A DNA stretch of 1,645 bases from Naegleria gruberi. Lineage: Eukaryota. The translations under genes and the position numbers were made by a program. The stretch lies in the NCBI GenBank assembly GCA_000004985.1, contig GG739358.1; one strand, written 5' to 3'. Below the pieces are notes generated by a model. It saw only the letters and a program-made list of their open reading frames with translations. It was not told the origin of the DNA and did not search any database. Positions 1 through 1,645 of this stretch are shown piece by piece (position 1 is the stretch's first letter; every line of letters starts with the position of its first letter).

Positions 1-1236
1 TGAGGATATCCATAAGGAAAATACATTATTCAATGCTTCCTTATTATGAAATACTTTATCTGATTCACAAGTATCAGTTAATAACAAGGTTTCCATTCCT
101 TTTTCAGTACTATTTGTCGTCAAATAATAATAAACATGACACGTATCATCTCTACTATATATAGTCTTGACATGATGTTGAAATAATTTCACATATCCAT
201 TTCCATCTTTTCTTTTTATAGATAATTCACAAACACTTCCTTGTGAATGATCTAATTTTACAGATGCCCAACTTGTAAATTTAACATTTTCATCCTTAAA
301 TAATTGTTTATAATTTTTCAATGTTTTTAAATTTTCATCTTCATCATCAATATAAAGATTCATCAGAGTGGAATGATTATTTGATATCAATTCATTATTT
401 AATATTTGTGCATTTAAATGAAGTATACATCCATTAATAAATTGCATGGTGGATGGTTTTGTAGATTTTTCACTTAAATAATTTTTAATTAAATTTTTAA
501 AGAGGAGAAATAGTTGAAATTGATATTTGCATTGATATTGTAAATGACTATTATATCCAATGTAGAGTTCATTGGTAAAAGCTGAATGAACAAGTCTAAA
601 TGATAATTGATCACTATTTGGTAAATACATGAAAATATTATGTAATATAATAGTATTTAACCATTTTGTAAAATGATAATTAGAATGTTGAATAATTAAT
701 ACATTAGTATTGATAGATTGTGTTGAACGTTTAGAATCATTCAATTTTCTCTTCTTTCTATGGCGTTGACTAACTTTGTTTGCATAATAATTCAAATCTT
801 TTTCTTCATCTTCATCTTCATCGGAATCTTCCTCATCTTCCTCATCGTCAGAATTTATACGACCTTTCTTTTCCAAATCATCATCTTCATCATCGGAATC
901 CTCTTCTTCATCTTCATCATCCTCATCCTCATAATAATCTGAATCATCATCTTCATAAGTATACAATTCCTTTCCATGTAATAATGCATTTCTAATTTTT
1001 TGAGCATCATCATCATCCCAATCCTCATATTCACTATTTTCATAATAGTGTTCGTCTGCATCAAGTAATATGCTCTCTAAACTTGATTCTTGCTCTTTTA
1101 ATTCCTTTTCCCATGATTTAATTTGTTCCAAGTTAACTTGATGGGATGGTGAATGTTCTGTTGTTTTGAAATGATCATACCAACAGGAATTGCCATATCG
1201 ACAACAACCTTGCAACCAATATCTACAAACAACCAT
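1..1236 (-). CDS. Partial CDS (N-terminal 412 codons; C-terminus beyond window start) encoding a CCCH (C3H1)-type zinc-finger protein with a long acidic D/E/S tract and a basic NLS-like cluster
   Basis: I translated the reverse complement codon by codon. ATG at 1236-1234 is preceded by A9 (AAAAAAAAATGG, A at -3 and G at +4). An in-frame TAA at 1245-1243 closes the frame upstream, so 1236 is the first possible start. The frame then has 412 consecutive sense codons to position 1 with no TAA, TAG or TGA. That is extremely unlikely by chance in ~72% AT DNA. The N-terminus reads MVVCRYWLQGCCRYGNSCWYDHFKTTEHSPSH... Codon usage (GAT, GAA, AAT, TTA, AAA) is coherent across the whole frame. The supplied ORF track omits it, presumably because no stop lies inside the window. 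Confidence 0.85.
   Translation of the reverse strand, partial: MVVCRYWLQGCCRYGNSCWYDHFKTTEHSPSHQVNLEQIKSWEKELKEQESSLESILLDADEHYYENSEYEDWDDDDAQKIRNALLHGKELYTYEDDDSDYYEDEDDEDEEEDSDDEDDDLEKKGRINSDDEEDEEDSDEDEDEEKDLNYYANKVSQRHRKKRKLNDSKRSTQSINTNVLIIQHSNYHFTKWLNTIILHNIFMYLPNSDQLSFRLVHSAFTNELYIGYNSHLQYQCKYQFQLFLLFKNLIKNYLSEKSTKPSTMQFINGCILHLNAQILNNELISNNHSTLMNLYIDDEDENLKTLKNYKQLFKDENVKFTSWASVKLDHSQGSVCELSIKRKDGNGYVKLFQHHVKTIYSRDDTCHVYYYLTTNSTEKGMETLLLTDTCESDKVFHNKEALNNVFSLWISS
745..765 (-). other. Basic cluster RHRKKRK (residues 158-164), candidate monopartite classical nuclear localisation signal immediately C-terminal to the acidic tract
   Basis: The translation is CGC CAT AGA AAG AAG AGA AAA, giving R H R K K R K. 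The K-K/R-x-K/R core is present. An acidic tract adjacent to an NLS is a common arrangement in nuclear and nucleolar proteins. Confidence 0.5.
796..1062 (-). repeat. Low-complexity coding repeat: imperfect (GAT/GAA/GAG)n trinucleotide tract encoding an acidic Asp/Glu/Ser-rich region (protein residues ~59-147) with CK2-type phosphoacceptor motifs
   Basis: On the + strand the tract reads (ATC/TTC/CTC)n at 800-850 and 877-950. On the minus strand it translates to ...YEDDDSDYYEDEDDEDEEEDSDDEDDDLEKKGRINSDDEEDEEDSDEDEDEEKD... The unit CATCGGAATC (GAT TCC GAT G, encoding D-S-D) occurs twice, at 819-828 and 889-898, which indicates an internal duplication. S-D-D-E and S-D-E-D fit the CK2 consensus S-x-x-[DE]. 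Confidence 0.8.
1171..1227 (-). other. CCCH (C3H1) zinc-finger motif coding segment, protein residues 4-22: C-RYWLQGC-C-RYGNS-C-WYD-H
   Basis: Direct translation gives Cys4, Cys12 (or Cys11), Cys18 and His22. The spacing C-x7-C-x5-C-x3-H matches the canonical C-x(6-14)-C-x(4-5)-C-x3-H consensus. The usual aromatic residues (Y6, W7, Y14, W19, Y20) and a Gly between the first two Cys are present. From memory, the placement at the extreme N-terminus resembles NUP42/hCG1-like proteins ([22 protein letters not shown]). The rest of the protein has no FG repeats. Confidence 0.8.
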
Positions 1237-1411
1237 TTTTTTTTAAAATTTGTAAAATGGTAATTATTCCATCTTCTTATGGAAATCTAATTTATTGAGG
1301 CATAAAGAGAATGGTTGTGGTTCATAGTGTTAGAAAATGAAGTGTTATGATTTAATATTAAGTATTTAAGAAATTGAATGGATATGGCCATATCACGATG
1401 AATGCACCTCA

Positions 1412-1426
1412 TCAAGTTCGACTTGA
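1412..1426. promoter_or_regulatory. 15-nt near-perfect palindrome TCAAGTTCGACTTGA (6-bp arms, 3-nt centre) in the divergent promoter; candidate dimeric factor site or small hairpin
   Basis: The pairs are 1412T/1426A, 1413C/1425G, 1414A/1424T, 1415A/1423T, 1416G/1422C and 1417T/1421A. The centre is TCG. Confidence 0.25.
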
Positions 1427-1435
1427 GAGTGTTGA

Positions 1436-1537
1436 ATTCCGATTGAATATGAGGAATGGACTTGTTTCCGATTGTAAATTACAAAATAAAGTGAAAATAT
1501 TCCGATATGCTTAATAAGCGACCTCAATTCCGAGTTG
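1436..1537. promoter_or_regulatory. Four direct copies of an ATTCCGA(T)TG-like motif at ~28-34-bp spacing (1436-1445 AATTCCGATTG; 1465-1474 TTTCCGATTG; 1499-1507 ATTCCGATA; 1527-1537 ATTCCGAGTTG); candidate repeated transcription-factor binding sites
   Basis: I read the motifs directly from the sequence. TTCCGA occurs at 1437, 1466, 1500 and 1528, with increments of 29, 34 and 28 bp. Related TTCGA cores occur at 1417-1421 and 1566-1570. GGAATG, the inverse of CATTCC, lies at 1453-1458 between copies 1 and 2. Confidence 0.3.
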
Positions 1538-1539
1538 TT

Positions 1540-1548
1540 AAAAATTTT
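1540..1548. promoter_or_regulatory. AAAAATTTT element ~25 bp upstream of the + strand ATG. It is identical to the budding-yeast RRPE (ribosomal RNA processing element) consensus if the host is yeast-like.
   Basis: There is an exact 9-mer match. PAC-like cores lie nearby (CTCATC at 1408-1413, CGATGA at 1395-1400), but their flanks match the PAC consensus GCGATGAG only partially. A 9-mer of A and T is expected fairly often by chance in AT-rich DNA. Confidence 0.2.
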
Positions 1549-1571
1549 CCATGCTCAAAAAATTATTCGAA

Positions 1572-1645
1572 ATGTCTGGTAATAACAAGAATACTGGAAA
1601 GACACAAAGGAAACAACACGCTGTATCATCTCCATCTCATCCTAA
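1572..1645 (+). CDS. Putative 5' end of a divergently transcribed gene (24 codons in window: MSGNNKNTGKTQRKQHAVSSPSHP..., continues past window end); product unknown
   Basis: ATG at 1572 has a purine at -3 (GAAATGTCT). The Met-Ser (ATG TCT) start is a common yeast-type context. The frame stays open to the window edge. It sits at the position expected for a divergent gene. Only 24 codons are visible, so the call is weak. Confidence 0.35.
   Translation, partial: MSGNNKNTGKTQRKQHAVSSPSHP

Larger units (their letters stand above)
1237..1571. promoter_or_regulatory. ~335-bp intergenic region between two divergently oriented genes; putative bidirectional promoter, with no strong TATA box
   Basis: The region is flanked by the minus-strand ATG at 1236 and the plus-strand ATG at 1572. 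It has no ORF longer than ~10 codons. It contains several short repeated and palindromic motifs, listed separately. Its AT content (~66-68%) is slightly lower than that of the flanking coding sequence. Confidence 0.5.

Noticed and set aside
766-774. GACTAAC, similar to the yeast intron branch point TACTAAC
   Set aside because: It is on the + strand inside the minus-strand CDS. No GTATGT 5' splice site or other intron signals accompany it, and the minus-strand ORF is uninterrupted.
760-942. Track ORF, + strand, 60 aa, MALTNFVCIIIQIFFFIFIFIGIF...
   Set aside because: It is the codon-registered antisense of the real minus-strand gene across its (GAT/GAA)n acidic repeat. The Ile/Phe-rich peptide is a direct consequence of complementing GAT/GAA. 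It has no independent start context.
780-995. Track ORF, + strand, 71 aa, His/Leu/Pro/Asn-rich (MHNNSNLFLHLHLHRNLPHLPH...)
   Set aside because: It is a frame-shifted antisense reading of the same trinucleotide repeat (CAT/CTT/CTC runs). The low-complexity composition is typical of repeat artefacts, and it overlaps the far stronger 412-codon ORF.
855-1064. Track ORF, - strand, 69 aa, MMQTNTIMKIVNMRIGMMMML...
   Set aside because: It is on the right strand but in the wrong reading frame. 1064 mod 3 differs from the 1236-anchored frame. Its Met/Lys-rich nonsense arises from reading GATGAAGAT as ATG AAG AT. It lies wholly inside the true CDS.
1362-1378. GTATTTAAG (Entamoeba-type TATA-like) and GAAATTGA (7/8 match to the mimivirus early-promoter AAAATTGA octamer)
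   Set aside because: Both lie ~200 bp from the nearest ATG, far outside the positional windows where those elements act. The AT content of the intergenic region does not fit those genomes. These are most likely chance matches in AT-rich DNA.
1408-1430. Possible tRNA T-arm or B-box (AAGTTCGACTTGAG resembles GGTTCGANTCC)
   Set aside because: No A-box is present. There are no acceptor, D or anticodon stems of correct spacing on either strand. The TTCGA is part of a simple palindrome, which is interpreted better as a protein-binding site.
1-1645. Prokaryotic defence or mobile-element system (CRISPR, toxin-antitoxin, IS or integrase features)
   Set aside because: There are no direct repeats with spacers and no terminal inverted repeats. 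There are no Shine-Dalgarno motifs and no prokaryote-type domains. The protein features (CCCH finger, CK2 acidic tract, KKRK NLS) and the A-rich Kozak context are eukaryotic.

Overview
This 1,645-bp window is AT-rich and looks eukaryotic: there is no Shine-Dalgarno sequence, and the encoded protein has a CCCH zinc finger, a CK2-type acidic tract and a basic NLS. The main feature is a long minus-strand ORF that the supplied ORF track missed, because it runs off the left edge of the window without a stop. It starts at an ATG at 1236-1234, preceded by nine A residues (AAAAAAAAATGG). An in-frame TAA lies 9 nt upstream, at 1245-1243. The ORF then continues for 412 sense codons with no stop down to position 1, so the C-terminus lies outside the window. 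The predicted protein has four recognisable parts. Residues 4-22 are a CCCH zinc finger (MVVCRYWLQGCCRYGNSCWYDH, C-x7-C-x5-C-x3-H). Residues ~59-147 are a long Asp/Glu/Ser-rich acidic tract with repeated CK2-type S-[DE]-[DE]-E sites. Residues 158-164 are a basic NLS-like cluster (RHRKKRK). Residues ~165-412 are an uncharacterised C-terminal region. All three ORFs in the supplied track (760-942 +, 780-995 +, 855-1064 -) are off-frame or antisense readings of the (GAT/GAA)n repeat that encodes the acidic tract, and I reject them. Positions 1237-1571 are a ~335-bp intergenic region, apparently a divergent promoter. A second gene starts on the + strand at ATG 1572 (MSGNNKNTGKTQRKQHAVSSPSHP..., partial). 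The intergenic region contains four ATTCCGA motifs at ~28-34-bp spacing, a 15-nt palindrome (TCAAGTTCGACTTGA), a GGAATG element, an AAAAATTTT element and PAC-like CTCATC/CGATGA cores. No introns, stop codons or prokaryotic signals are evident. Gene density, the absence of introns and the ATG-TCT start context fit a compact AT-rich eukaryotic genome such as a budding-yeast-like fungus. I cannot determine the organism or the exact protein family from sequence alone. I do not see evidence of a prokaryotic-style defence or mobile system here. The main findings are the unannotated zinc-finger/acidic protein and the periodic promoter motif.
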